43,334 nt of DNA from a virus (Duplodnaviria; Caudoviricetes). The DNA lies in the IMG/VR virus record IMGVR_UViG_3300011441_000224, positions 1 to 43,334 of that record. One strand, given 5' to 3'. This document shows, piece after piece, positions 26,711 through 35,662 of this stretch. The translations under genes were made by a program, and so were the position numbers. Under the pieces are notes generated by a model that searched no databases, was not told where the DNA came from, and saw nothing but the letters and a program-made list of their open reading frames with translations. Position 1 is the first letter of the stretch, and each line of letters opens with the position of its first letter.

Positions 26711-27400
26711 GTGCGCTTGCCTTTTTCCGGCAGCTATAGGCTAACTCAAGGGTTCGGAGAGAATCCAGCTATCTATGCTCAGTTTGGGTTGAAGGGTCAT
26801 AACGGGATCGACTGGGGTTTGCCCAGCGGGACGCCGGTTCTAGCGATGGAGTCTGGCACAGCTCGCGTCCTAGAGGACCTTGCGGGTTACGGGCACTACA
26901 TTGAAGTCACCGGCAGATACAAGATCGCCTACGCCCATCTCCAAAAAGCCCTCATCTTTAGTGGACCTGTTAACGAGGGGCAAGCCATCGGTATCTCGGA
27001 CAACTCTGGGTTTTCCACAGCCCCGCATCTTCACATCACCGTCAAACCAATCCCGCAGAATAACAATAACGGCTACTTCGGGGCGACTGACCCGATGCCA
27101 TTAATAACAGGAGACAATATGGCAGGCTTCAACAAAATCAACGCCCAGGCCGCAGTCAAGAACACTTATAACTGGATAGCTGGTATCGAGCCAACCCCTG
27201 AACAGCTTGAATACTGGAGCAACCAGCTGGTCAAAGACGCGAACATCATGGACGACTTCGAGTACCAGGTTCGCATTGGCCCTGGTATGGAACACCAGCG
27301 TAGAGCCCAAAATTACGACGCTGATGTAGCGGCAGCTAAGGCCCAGGGCGACCCCAAAGCGTCCGCAGTGGTGGCGGCTATCAAGGAAGCGATCAAATGA
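26711..27400 (+). CDS. Endolysin, peptidase M23 family
   Basis: HNGID, YAHL and GFSTAPHLH zinc motifs. Confidence 0.9.
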   Translation: MRLPFSGSYRLTQGFGENPAIYAQFGLKGHNGIDWGLPSGTPVLAMESGTARVLEDLAGYGHYIEVTGRYKIAYAHLQKALIFSGPVNEGQAIGISDNSGFSTAPHLHITVKPIPQNNNNGYFGATDPMPLITGDNMAGFNKINAQAAVKNTYNWIAGIEPTPEQLEYWSNQLVKDANIMDDFEYQVRIGPGMEHQRRAQNYDADVAAAKAQGDPKASAVVAAIKEAIK

Positions 27401-27705
27401 AAGACAAGATTACCAAGCTGGCCGACCCCGTGTTCCGGGCTAACCCCAGGTGGATTATCGAGCAGCTCAGGGGCGAAAACGCCCTCTTACGCGATCTATT
27501 ATCCAACCTACAAGTCCAGCTAAGAGAACTAAAAGGCAAACGAAACCCAACCCAACCAGGGTCCATAACAGTGTCAGTTCCGCAATGGCTTTTGAATGGT
27601 CCACGACCTTCCTCTACTTATTCAAACGATACGGCAAACCGCTGTCCCTGCCTAGATTCGCTTTCTTGTTCACATCATTTAACCAAAGGAAGGAGGTTGA
27701 TATGA
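27397..27705 (+). CDS. Hypothetical protein
   Basis: ATGA overlaps at both ends. Confidence 0.45.
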   Translation: MKDKITKLADPVFRANPRWIIEQLRGENALLRDLLSNLQVQLRELKGKRNPTQPGSITVSVPQWLLNGPRPSSTYSNDTANRCPCLDSLSCSHHLTKGRRLI

Positions 27706-27938
27706 GTGCCTTAACCAAGGGCATTTTCTGGGCAGATACGGCCGAACGCGCGGTAAAGACCGCAGCACAAACAGCTGTGGCGCTTTTGACCGTAGACGGC
27801 GTTAACCTGATCCAAATGGATTGGAGAGGTTTCTTAGCAGCCGTTGGCCTGGCCACGCTGTTATCAGTCCTGACCAGCATCTCGTCTGCCGGCAGCGGTA
27901 ACTCCGCTTCGCTAGTGGTCGACGCTAAAGCAAAATAG
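27702..27938 (+). CDS. Holin, r1t family
   Basis: FWADTAERAVKTAAQTAVA...DW...ATLLSVLTSI; AGGAGG RBS. Confidence 0.88.
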   Translation: MSALTKGIFWADTAERAVKTAAQTAVALLTVDGVNLIQMDWRGFLAAVGLATLLSVLTSISSAGSGNSASLVVDAKAK

Positions 27939-27957
27939 TTAAACAAGGAACTGTTCT

Positions 27958-28332
27958 ATGAAGAAAATAGGTTTAATTGTCCCCCTGTCCGCAGCAGCAT
28001 TGTTGATTGGAGGGTTTGCAGCAGCAAGTCAGAATAACTCTGACCACTCGTTCCAATTCCCGTGTCTGCCGCACCTAGCGGTGCTTTTCAACAACCCGCA
28101 CTGCCAAAGTCCTAGCCCCTCGCCCTCGGTATCGCCTAGCGCATCGCCGTCAGCAACGCCTTCAGAGTCCCCACAACCGTCGGAATCACCGTCTCCGTCC
28201 GTCACACCAGAACCAACCCCAACGCCTTCTACAACGCCCACAGCGACGCCAGAACCTATCGGCGGCGGAACAGGGGTAGACGAGGGGCCCACAGAGTTAC
28301 CTTCCGTTGGCGGGCATGCGACGACCCGCTAG
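27958..28332 (+). CDS. Secreted Ser/Pro/Thr-rich protein
   Basis: Signal peptide; SPSPSP and TPEP linker; ends ELPSVG. Confidence 0.65.
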   Translation: MKKIGLIVPLSAAALLIGGFAAASQNNSDHSFQFPCLPHLAVLFNNPHCQSPSPSPSVSPSASPSATPSESPQPSESPSPSVTPEPTPTPSTTPTATPEPIGGGTGVDEGPTELPSVGGHATTR

Positions 28333-28741
28333 TGCAAAATTTCTCGCAAAGGTAATCGAAGTCGAGGATGGATGTTGGGGTTGGTGGGGCTCTATAACCC
28401 ATGGTTATACCACCTTTCGGGTCTGCGGCAAGAATATCTATGGCCATCGATTTAGCTACGAGTTCTTCGTCGGGTCTATACCCGAGGGTTTAGAGATAGA
28501 CCACCTCTGCAAAAACAAGTCGTGCGTCAACCCTAATCACCTAGAAGCCGTAACTCATAAAGAGAATATCTGGCGGGCTACCAGGCAAGGTGACTGCATA
28601 CGGGGTCACGGCTGGAAGAATGTCTACATTGTTAAGAGCAATGGTGAGCGCCAATGTATAGATTGCAAGAAAGAAGTGTTCAAACACTGGAAGATTAGGC
28701 AGCAGTTTCTGTACGGTTTGCATGTCTTGAATAGCGTATAA
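28316..28741 (+). CDS. HNH endonuclease
   Basis: CWGW.G...HRFSYE...IDHLCKNKSCVNPNHLEAVT, plus a C-terminal Zn motif. Confidence 0.9.
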   Translation: MRRPASAKFLAKVIEVEDGCWGWWGSITHGYTTFRVCGKNIYGHRFSYEFFVGSIPEGLEIDHLCKNKSCVNPNHLEAVTHKENIWRATRQGDCIRGHGWKNVYIVKSNGERQCIDCKKEVFKHWKIRQQFLYGLHVLNSV

Positions 28742-28857
28742 TAGTAATTGTGTGGTAAGTGAATTAAGCGGGACGATGGGCCGTGGTTTTTGCACCACAC
28801 CTGGTCCTGGGCCGTAGAGAGGTATCACTCTGCCCGCGCCCTCAAATTTTGTGCAGG

Positions 28858-28907
28858 AAGTCCGGCCGTCAACTCGTTAGGAGTTCATGGGCCGGACTTT
28901 ATTTTTG
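28858..28907 (+). terminator. Hairpin terminator
   Basis: AAGTCCGGCC...GGCCGGACTT followed by TATTTTT. Confidence 0.7.
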
Positions 28908-28963
28908 TCTTAATATGATTTAAAACAAGGGCACACCGTACCCCAAACGAAAGGCGGTGTGCC

Positions 28964-29188
28964 ATGTTCCTTGAAAGTCTCCCTGACCTCGTAAAGCGTA
29001 TGCCCCTTCGTGAAGCCATGAAGGAGTGGAAACGCCAGTGTATTCAGGCTCAACGAGAGATCGAGGACTCGATCCTCAGAGCGTCGATCCGACCAGAAGC
29101 TACGGCCTACCTAAAAGAGGTCGCAGATCAAATCCTGGACTTCCGCAACGCGGGTCATTACACGACGTTAGGCGATTTGCCTGACTAA
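28964..29188 (+). CDS. Hypothetical protein
   Basis: AAGGCGGTG RBS-like; flanked by terminators. Confidence 0.6.
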   Translation: MFLESLPDLVKRMPLREAMKEWKRQCIQAQREIEDSILRASIRPEATAYLKEVADQILDFRNAGHYTTLGDLPD

Positions 29189-29249
29189 GAAGTCCGGGGG
29201 TTGGCTTCCCTGCAACCTCCGGGCCTAACGGCTGGCGACAAACAGCCGA

Positions 29250-29276
29250 GAGGCCCGCGGAGATACCGCGGGCCTC
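29250..29276. terminator. 11-bp perfect hairpin between convergent genes
   Basis: GAGGCCCGCGG-AGATA-CCGCGGGCCTC. Confidence 0.7.
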
Positions 29277-29285
29277 GACTACGTT

Positions 29286-29483
29286 CTAGTTCTTCTTTCG
29301 TCGCCGTCTGTCCTCCAGTATTTCTTTACTAGGCGCATCTGAAATATCCATCCACGACGGCCTTGGCTGCTGATGCTCCGGATTCACAAACACTACCGGC
29401 GGCTCCTTTGGGAGCTCCACAGGCTTCCCCGTTTGCGGGCATACCGGTTTTATGTGGCTTTTGCCGCAGCTACAGTCAAACAT
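29286..29483 (-). CDS. Small Cys-containing protein
   Basis: TAATG-coupled to the upstream gene. Confidence 0.5.
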   Translation of the reverse strand: MFDCSCGKSHIKPVCPQTGKPVELPKEPPVVFVNPEHQQPRPSWMDISDAPSKEILEDRRRRKKN

Positions 29484-29632
29484 TACTTGTTGAAAACAAG
29501 AGGGCCGACAAGAATCAAGATACCGGCAATCATCGCGCCAATACCCAAAACCAGGGCCGGGATGGGAACGCCGAAGTAAACCAGGGCGAGCAGAATCAGA
29601 AAGATTCCTAATACCAGGTTACCGATGTTCAT
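29483..29632 (-). CDS. Small two-TM membrane protein (49 aa)
   Basis: Read by hand: MNIGNLVLGIFLILLALVYFGVPIPALVLGIGAMIAGILILVGPLVFNK; AAGGA RBS. Confidence 0.6.
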   Translation of the reverse strand: MNIGNLVLGIFLILLALVYFGVPIPALVLGIGAMIAGILILVGPLVFNK

Positions 29633-29667
29633 GTGAGTTATCCTTTTATGCGATTATTATACTATGA

Positions 29668-29780
29668 CTTTGCTCCATCTCTGCCCAACTTGCTTTCGCG
29701 CCATCCTGCGCGGCGCACCTTGTCATTGGTGTGCGAGAGAAGCAGATCGGCAATCCCGCATAGCGGCAAAGGAGCTAAAG
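29668..29780 (+). ncRNA. Candidate ~115-nt multibranch RNA or DNA structure
   Basis: Six nested helices, closed by 29668-76/29771-80; TATACT just upstream. Confidence 0.4.
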
Positions 29781-29831
29781 CGCCTCCGAGCATCAACACC
29801 TAAGCACGGCTAGTTCCTCGACCCTCGGGGC

Positions 29832-30146
29832 ATGAAGATAGATGGGATGGTGGCCATTGGCCGCAGCATCGGCTCTGAGCCGATGAACGAGGCTACCTGG
29901 CGTAGCTTCATCGAAGACACCCACGTCAAGGTTCAAGAAGCCGGCGGCGCCATCTACGGCGTCGCTTACGGTGAGGGTGTCTGGGAAGGCCGGGAAGCGA
30001 CGGCCTTCGTTTTGTTTGGTGGGGCTGAGGCGAAAGAGCTGGAAGCAGCTCTATCCTTCCTGGCCCTGACCTACTCTCAGAGAGCCATCGCGATCCTGGT
30101 TGGCGAGAACCGCCTGGTTGAGCCGAGGCTGTATGTCACTAACTGA
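29832..30146 (+). CDS. Hypothetical protein (ferredoxin-like fold?)
   Basis: ORF with GEGVWEG.E and YSQRAIA motifs. Confidence 0.6.
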   Translation: MKIDGMVAIGRSIGSEPMNEATWRSFIEDTHVKVQEAGGAIYGVAYGEGVWEGREATAFVLFGGAEAKELEAALSFLALTYSQRAIAILVGENRLVEPRLYVTN

Positions 30147-30324
30147 GTGGATCGAGCGGGAGCTGGCCAAAGCTCCCGCTCTTTCGTCTGCTCGTCTTGT
30201 AAAGCTGCGGGCTATTCTAACCAGCGTACAACGACCGAGTTCGGATCAAATTCCCGCTTCCATTGAGGGGCCGGACGAATCCTCACCTGGCAAAGAGTCG
30301 CGATCGTGGCCCGTTGCAGCATGA
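30133..30324 (+). CDS. Putative recombination directionality factor (phiRv1 Rv1584c-like)
   Basis: WIERELAKAPALSSARLVKLRAIL resembles recalled YLIRTLAAAPPLTDEQRTRLAELL; convergent with the integrase. Confidence 0.5.
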   Translation: MSLTEWIERELAKAPALSSARLVKLRAILTSVQRPSSDQIPASIEGPDESSPGKESRSWPVAA

Positions 30325-31534
30325 GCGAGGCGTCGTCGAAGGCCTGAACCGGATCGGGAGCTGAAAACACACTTGGGCGAGAGGACCTCGTTAGCAGGGC
30401 TTGGATCTCTTCGATCTGAGTCCTGATTTTTTGTGAGGCTATAGCGTACCGTTGACCGTCGATCAGGCCGGCGTCGTAGTCCTCAGCTATTAACTGAAGT
30501 CTCTCCTGGAGCGCTTTCAGGACGTCCAGCGCTTCGGACGACTCAGTGTCGGCCTGGAGTAGGTCTCGGAGATCCGGCATAGCCAGACGGCCTCTAATGA
30601 GCTTCAAAACGAGGTTGTCGATATGGGTTTGGGACCGGGTGAAGTGAAGTCGGCACTGGTACCGCTTACCCGTCCAAGCTCTCACGATGGCGTCACAAAC
30701 GTCACAGACGTACAGGCCCGAGCCGAGATGCTTCCGGTCTGTCCCCCGCTGAGTTCTCCGCAGCGGATCGCTCAACCGGGCTTGTACGAGGTCGAAAGTG
30801 GTTTCATCCACCAGGGGAGTCCACCCGCCAGACTTACCCGTGACCTGGCCTTGGTAGATGGCTCGGCCGGCATACCTGGGGTTTACCAGTATCCCGCGGA
30901 CGGTAGAGGAGTTCCATCTGTCGCCGTGGCGGGGAGGGATCACCCCGTTCAACCAAGTGGCAACGCCCTTAAGCGAGTCACCCTCGCTAAACCTAGCGAA
31001 TATCTGGCTGACAACTTGGGCCTCTTCTTCTACCAGCTCACCTTTAGCGGTGTAACCGGTAAGCCTTACCCCCAAAGGCGGGCGGCCCAATTGCGAGCGC
31101 TGAAGTGCAGCCCGGCGTTGGCGGTCGGCTTTTACTTGGATCTCATGAGCCGCTACTGATCCAAGAATGCTGGCGGTCAAACGACCAGCCGCTGTGGAGA
31201 GATCCACCTCCGACCCGCGCACCAGGGCAACGATCAGGCCGCGCTCTTCGCCAACCTCCAGTAGCCGCAGGAGGTCCCGGTTATTGCGGCTCAGCCGGTC
31301 AAGCGACCAGGCCACCAGGACCCGCGCTCGCCCGGTCTGCACGTCGTCCATGACCGCCTCGAACCCTGGGCGCCGGACCTTGCCCGACCCTGAGAGATCG
31401 TTGTCCTGGTGGACAGCAACGACTGTCCAACCGCGCCGAGCCGCTAGTGCCAGGCAGTCAGCCTCCTGGCGGGCTACGGCCTCGCCCTCGCCGGTGAAGT
31501 CACGCGACTGCCGGACGTACACCACACACTCCAT
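30212..31534 (-). CDS. Large serine integrase (phiRv1/actinobacterial type)
   Basis: YVRQS catalytic Ser, DRLSR, recombinase domain (ILVNPRYAG), Zn ribbon (CDVC). Start set at ATG 31534, 6 nt after a TATGCT -10 (leaderless). Confidence 0.93.
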   Translation of the reverse strand: MECVVYVRQSRDFTGEGEAVARQEADCLALAARRGWTVVAVHQDNDLSGSGKVRRPGFEAVMDDVQTGRARVLVAWSLDRLSRNNRDLLRLLEVGEERGLIVALVRGSEVDLSTAAGRLTASILGSVAAHEIQVKADRQRRAALQRSQLGRPPLGVRLTGYTAKGELVEEEAQVVSQIFARFSEGDSLKGVATWLNGVIPPRHGDRWNSSTVRGILVNPRYAGRAIYQGQVTGKSGGWTPLVDETTFDLVQARLSDPLRRTQRGTDRKHLGSGLYVCDVCDAIVRAWTGKRYQCRLHFTRSQTHIDNLVLKLIRGRLAMPDLRDLLQADTESSEALDVLKALQERLQLIAEDYDAGLIDGQRYAIASQKIRTQIEEIQALLTRSSRPSVFSAPDPVQAFDDASLMLQRATIATLCQVRIRPAPQWKREFDPNSVVVRWLE

Positions 31535-31766
31535 GTATCGAGCATACATGATCTGTTGGTTGATCTCCGAACTCCGTCGAATTCCGTTTCGCAATATAAG
31601 CCAAACTACGTTTAAGTGGACAAACCCCCTACAAGATTGCCACGATCGACCTGCTCACAAGCAGCAAATCAGCAAATTCCGACATTTTGGTTTTGGCTAC
31701 TCGCCTTCCTACCCTTGCAGGTTACCCAGACGGCCTGGGAGAAGGAGGTCAGAAGGAGGACCCAAG

Positions 31767-32216
31767 ATGACGCCAGAGGAGCGTGACACAGAGTACCTCA
31801 CGGACGAACTGAAGAGACTGGTTGGAACAGGGGCGAGCCTAGAGTGGCTACCCCTCATGCCAACCCTCCGGGGCCTAGCCCAGATCGACGAAGAAGCAGA
31901 CATGAAGGTTATCGGGAAGACAATGTTGAGCTTCCTGGTAGAAGGTATCGAGTCGCTACATGGCTCGTATGAGTTCCGGGGTAAGTGGTACCCCGCCACA
32001 ACGATGAACACTGTATATCGCGTCCTCCTGGCGATTGGACAGTACTCAAACACGAACGCACCGGGTAGAAGGTCCCGGGCGCTCATGCTTCTTAATCTAG
32101 GGAAAAGCACCAACACCTGGCGTTGTGATGACCGCCTAGAGCGGGACTTCCTGGAGATCCTGGCAAGTCATATTGTTAATAGTGCATCCTCTAGTTCAGA
32201 GGATGTCGCTGCTTAG
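31767..32216 (+). CDS. Hypothetical protein divergent from the integrase (possible regulator)
   Basis: AAGGAGG RBS before ATG 31767. Confidence 0.6.
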   Translation: MTPEERDTEYLTDELKRLVGTGASLEWLPLMPTLRGLAQIDEEADMKVIGKTMLSFLVEGIESLHGSYEFRGKWYPATTMNTVYRVLLAIGQYSNTNAPGRRSRALMLLNLGKSTNTWRCDDRLERDFLEILASHIVNSASSSSEDVAA

Positions 32217-32685
32217 GGAAGTTCAAGACAGCAAACTCACCGAATAGAACTGAGGCTGCCGTATCGTAAACACGAGCGGCAGCCTTGGACTTTGTGAACC
32301 TGCCTAAGTATATGGTTTCCCCGTCCTTCTTGAGCATGGCTACCCACTTGCCTTGGTGCAGATGTACGCCCTTGTAACCGCTGGAATTGGTATCTGGCTT
32401 CAGGAAGTTCGCTCCATTTTGGGCTCTTGTACATATCCTCAGATTATTTCTCTGGTTGTTGAGTTTGTTGTGGTCGATGTGGTCAACCTCTAAACCTTCG
32501 GGGTTCCCGCATATTAGCCGTGCCATGAGGACGATTCTTCTCTTCTTACCAATGCCTACGAATGTGGCGGCATAACCGCGCCCGGCGAGGACCCATTGGA
32601 ACCCAGCCAAGTATTCGAAGTCTTCATCATCAACTAACGCGTACTTGCCTTCACCATTCTTGCCAGTTAGTGCTATTCTTTTCAT
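32191..32685 (-). CDS. HNH-AP2 domain endonuclease
   Basis: VDHIDHNKLNNQRNNLRICT plus SSGYKGV...YLGRF...AARVYD.AA..LFGEFA.LNFP. Confidence 0.9.
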   Translation of the reverse strand: MKRIALTGKNGEGKYALVDDEDFEYLAGFQWVLAGRGYAATFVGIGKKRRIVLMARLICGNPEGLEVDHIDHNKLNNQRNNLRICTRAQNGANFLKPDTNSSGYKGVHLHQGKWVAMLKKDGETIYLGRFTKSKAAARVYDTAASVLFGEFAVLNFPKQRHPLN

Positions 32686-32843
32686 AGGGTGCCGCCTCCA
32701 GTGCGGCATCTTAATTGTTTCCCTAATTATAGTCTCTGCACCTCTGCAAAGCTACACGCTGACACCAAAGCATCGGCTAAAAAGCAAGCGTCCCCGTGGT
32801 CTCCTGTTGTTGCCGAGAAAGTACTCCGACAAGGGAGGCAAAG

Positions 32844-33173
32844 ATGGACGACGAACAGAGCCTAAGTCAGTGGATCAACAGCGGGCCCAGCCCCCACTAC
32901 GAGGGTGGCAGCCAAGTAGCCCGCAGGTCTGCACCCGTTCCTTCAAGTTGGAGCGGTCAGCGCGTAGCCAAAGCGGATGCTTACGCGGTCGAAGAACGGA
33001 TGTACAACGTCGGTCGTCTGGCAATCCGTGGAGTCGAGAGCATCGTGGACATCCACGAGTGCATCAACTCTCTCGGGAACATTCACCCCATCTTGGCGGG
33101 TGAGCTCAGGCCGGTGGAAGAAACCGTCGCTTTGTGCGTGCCCGAACTCATTATCAGATACATGGGGCGATGA
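32844..33173 (+). CDS. Hypothetical protein, first gene of the transfer operon
   Basis: GGGAGG RBS. Confidence 0.65.
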   Translation: MDDEQSLSQWINSGPSPHYEGGSQVARRSAPVPSSWSGQRVAKADAYAVEERMYNVGRLAIRGVESIVDIHECINSLGNIHPILAGELRPVEETVALCVPELIIRYMGR

Positions 33174-33364
33174 TGCACGGCGTCGTGGTGTTTTCCATGG
33201 TGTGTTTCTACCTCGCTGTATTGATGATTATTGTGACCGCGCTGGCTTGTGAGCGATACTACAACCTCAAGAAAAGGATGGAAGGCGACCTCCACATGGT
33301 TGACCATCTGTACGACAGAGCCCGCAGGGAGATTGATGGGAGGGTCGACCAGTGGCGAAGATAA
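33170..33364 (+). CDS. Small membrane protein
   Basis: ATGA overlap; N-terminal TM. Confidence 0.55.
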   Translation: MMHGVVVFSMVCFYLAVLMIIVTALACERYYNLKKRMEGDLHMVDHLYDRARREIDGRVDQWRR

Positions 33365-33510
33365 AAGCTTACCTTATCTACGCGGTCATAATTGTTGTCG
33401 CTCTCAGGATCATCCTGTGGGCCGTTGAACCGATGGTTCCGTATCTGGTCGCCCTACTCATCTTAGTAGGGATCTTAGGGCTTGCTGTTCGTGGTAAAAG
33501 AAAGTTATAG
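33352..33510 (+). CDS. Small two-TM membrane protein (52 aa)
   Basis: Read by hand: MAKIKAYLIYAVIIVVALRIILWAVEPMVPYLVALLILVGILGLAVRGKRKL; GGGAGG RBS. Confidence 0.6.
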   Translation: MAKIKAYLIYAVIIVVALRIILWAVEPMVPYLVALLILVGILGLAVRGKRKL

Positions 33511-33517
33511 GTAAGAC

Positions 33518-35662
33518 ATGGACTACATGCTGACATTGTGGCTGGTCCTAGGCGCTGGACTCCTTGGAGTGCTGGTCCTCCTCATAGTGTGGGGTGTCAG
33601 GGCGTTCTTCCAAAACCGGGCCGACCACATGCGAAGAACTTACGAGCTCGGTTTCCCTAGAGGGATGACCGAAGCTCACGTCCTAGATTTTGTTAGGTCA
33701 GCCATTGGAGAGATCCCCAGACCCAAACTTCTCCAGCCCGTTTACCCGATGGTGTTTGAAAAATACGCCGACCACGAAGGGAAACATTACTACCTACACA
33801 TGCCTGGTCACGTTCGTACCAAAGTAGACAAGCTTTTAGACAAGAAAATTGAGGGTATCACGATTGAACAGGTTAGAGACGCAGACGACCTGGTGATAAA
33901 TGCGGAATGGGAATATACAACTGAGCTTGATCTAAAGGGTGACGGCCCTTTGAGGATTCTGAGTGCTCAGGGTGTGGCTTCGAGTCTGGATGCGAACTTC
34001 GACTCCCTGGACGAGGGTGAAGCCCTCCTAATGCAGTGGGTGGTGTTCCCTGACATCCCTCGAAAACCCGAGGAAGGTTATAAGGACAAGGTTAAAGACC
34101 ACACCATGAACGCTCAACTCAGGCTCGCCTCCAAGGGTGAGGATGCGAAGGAAATGATAATGAACTTGGGCGGGACGTTTAGCGGGGTCAGTTCGGATAA
34201 GGCAGTTTTCTTAAAACGAATCATGTTTGACGTTCCAGGGAGGATCGCAAGACGCAGTAGCCAGTGGGGGTTCCCGGTTTATCTAAACGCTCCCGAGTTT
34301 ACTGCCTTGATGGGCTGGCCTTTGGACGGAAGGACGGGGAATATCGTGGCGCGGTCCCTACCAGCAACGGCTCAACACAAGACCGGGGCCATCGTTCTAG
34401 GAGCTTCCAATCATCCTAAAACCAGGGGGCAACTTATCACCATGCCCCATGAATCTGGGGATACGCACTTTGCCATCATGGGCGGATCGGGTACAGGCAA
34501 GTCGGAGTTTGCCGGCAATCTGTTTATCCAGAAGATATCCGATCCTGAGACTGCGGGTTTTTTGCTTGAACCAGCAGGGGACTTGGCTTGGAAAGTACTC
34601 AACTCAATTCCGGCTCACAGAGCAAGAGACGTAATCTTTTTTGATCCGCTTGACCGGCAGTGGCCCATAGGTCTCAATCCTTTACGGGGGAGTGATCCTG
34701 AGAGGGTCACAGGTCATATGGTCGGGGTGTTTAAACACCGGTTTGCTGAGACCTGGAGCGCTCACATGCAGAGGGTGTTTACAGCAGCTATCAGCACTTC
34801 GACCCTGCTTGATTTAACACTTTACGGGACGATGCAATTACTGGTGAACAAATCATTTCGCCAGTCCCAACTACGCAAGTTGAAGCGAACACAGCACCCT
34901 GAACTGTTTCAAGAGTGGGACTGGATGGAAGACCAGCGTACTGGAGCTGTGGACTCATCTGTGGCAAGACTCCAAACCCTACTAGGTCCGACGTCTTCGA
35001 TGACCCGAAACATCCTCTCTCAGAAGAAGGGGTTGGATTTTGACTGGATTATCCGTGAGCACAAAATCCTGATAGCTCCACTTCCCGCAGGGCAGATGGG
35101 TTCGATCAACGCTTCAGTTATCGGAGAAATCATCCGAGAGGGAGCCTGGAACGCAGCCATACGCCAACGCCCGGATCAAGCTGAACGCAGCCTTGTCTTA
35201 ATGGACGAGTTTCAGCACTTCGCGGAATTCTCTAGTTCAAAGTCAGATCCGTTTGCCGAGGCTAGGAAATACAAGCAGCAGTACATCATCGCCAACCAGT
35301 TTATAAAACAACTTGGAGATCAGGCTCCGACCATCTTTAACAACGTCGCTACTCAGATGGTGTTTCGGATGGGTGACGAAGACGCTAAAAAGCTCAAGGA
35401 CAGATACGCGCCTCTGTCAGACGAGGACATCTTAAACCTCCCCAAATACCACGCAGCTATTCGGATGATGACTGAGGCGGGCATGGCCCCAGTGGTGACT
35501 CTTAAGACTCCGCCACCAGCCCAACGTACAGGCTATGCCAAGTGGATCATCGAGAATACCCGCGCCAACTTTGCCCGGCCCGTGAGTGAAGTCGTAGCGG
35601 AGGTCATGGAGCACCACAAGGCCGCAGAACCTAAACAGAAACCGGATATAGCATGGGAGTAG
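33518..35662 (+). CDS. Type IV coupling protein-like ATPase (VirD4/TraG/TrwB, HerA-FtsK superfamily)
   Basis: N-terminal TM; Walker A GGSGTGKS; Walker B LVLMDEFQHF; EARKY and ANQ motifs. Confidence 0.88.
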   Translation: MDYMLTLWLVLGAGLLGVLVLLIVWGVRAFFQNRADHMRRTYELGFPRGMTEAHVLDFVRSAIGEIPRPKLLQPVYPMVFEKYADHEGKHYYLHMPGHVRTKVDKLLDKKIEGITIEQVRDADDLVINAEWEYTTELDLKGDGPLRILSAQGVASSLDANFDSLDEGEALLMQWVVFPDIPRKPEEGYKDKVKDHTMNAQLRLASKGEDAKEMIMNLGGTFSGVSSDKAVFLKRIMFDVPGRIARRSSQWGFPVYLNAPEFTALMGWPLDGRTGNIVARSLPATAQHKTGAIVLGASNHPKTRGQLITMPHESGDTHFAIMGGSGTGKSEFAGNLFIQKISDPETAGFLLEPAGDLAWKVLNSIPAHRARDVIFFDPLDRQWPIGLNPLRGSDPERVTGHMVGVFKHRFAETWSAHMQRVFTAAISTSTLLDLTLYGTMQLLVNKSFRQSQLRKLKRTQHPELFQEWDWMEDQRTGAVDSSVARLQTLLGPTSSMTRNILSQKKGLDFDWIIREHKILIAPLPAGQMGSINASVIGEIIREGAWNAAIRQRPDQAERSLVLMDEFQHFAEFSSSKSDPFAEARKYKQQYIIANQFIKQLGDQAPTIFNNVATQMVFRMGDEDAKKLKDRYAPLSDEDILNLPKYHAAIRMMTEAGMAPVVTLKTPPPAQRTGYAKWIIENTRANFARPVSEVVAEVMEHHKAAEPKQKPDIAWE

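Noticed and set aside
27450-27701. N-terminal extension of the holin ORF
   Set aside because: The r1t holin motif and a strong RBS begin at 27702.
31167-31766. N-terminal 200 aa of the 349-aa ORF
   Set aside because: It is largely the antisense shadow of the integrase. The real start is the RBS-led ATG at 31767.
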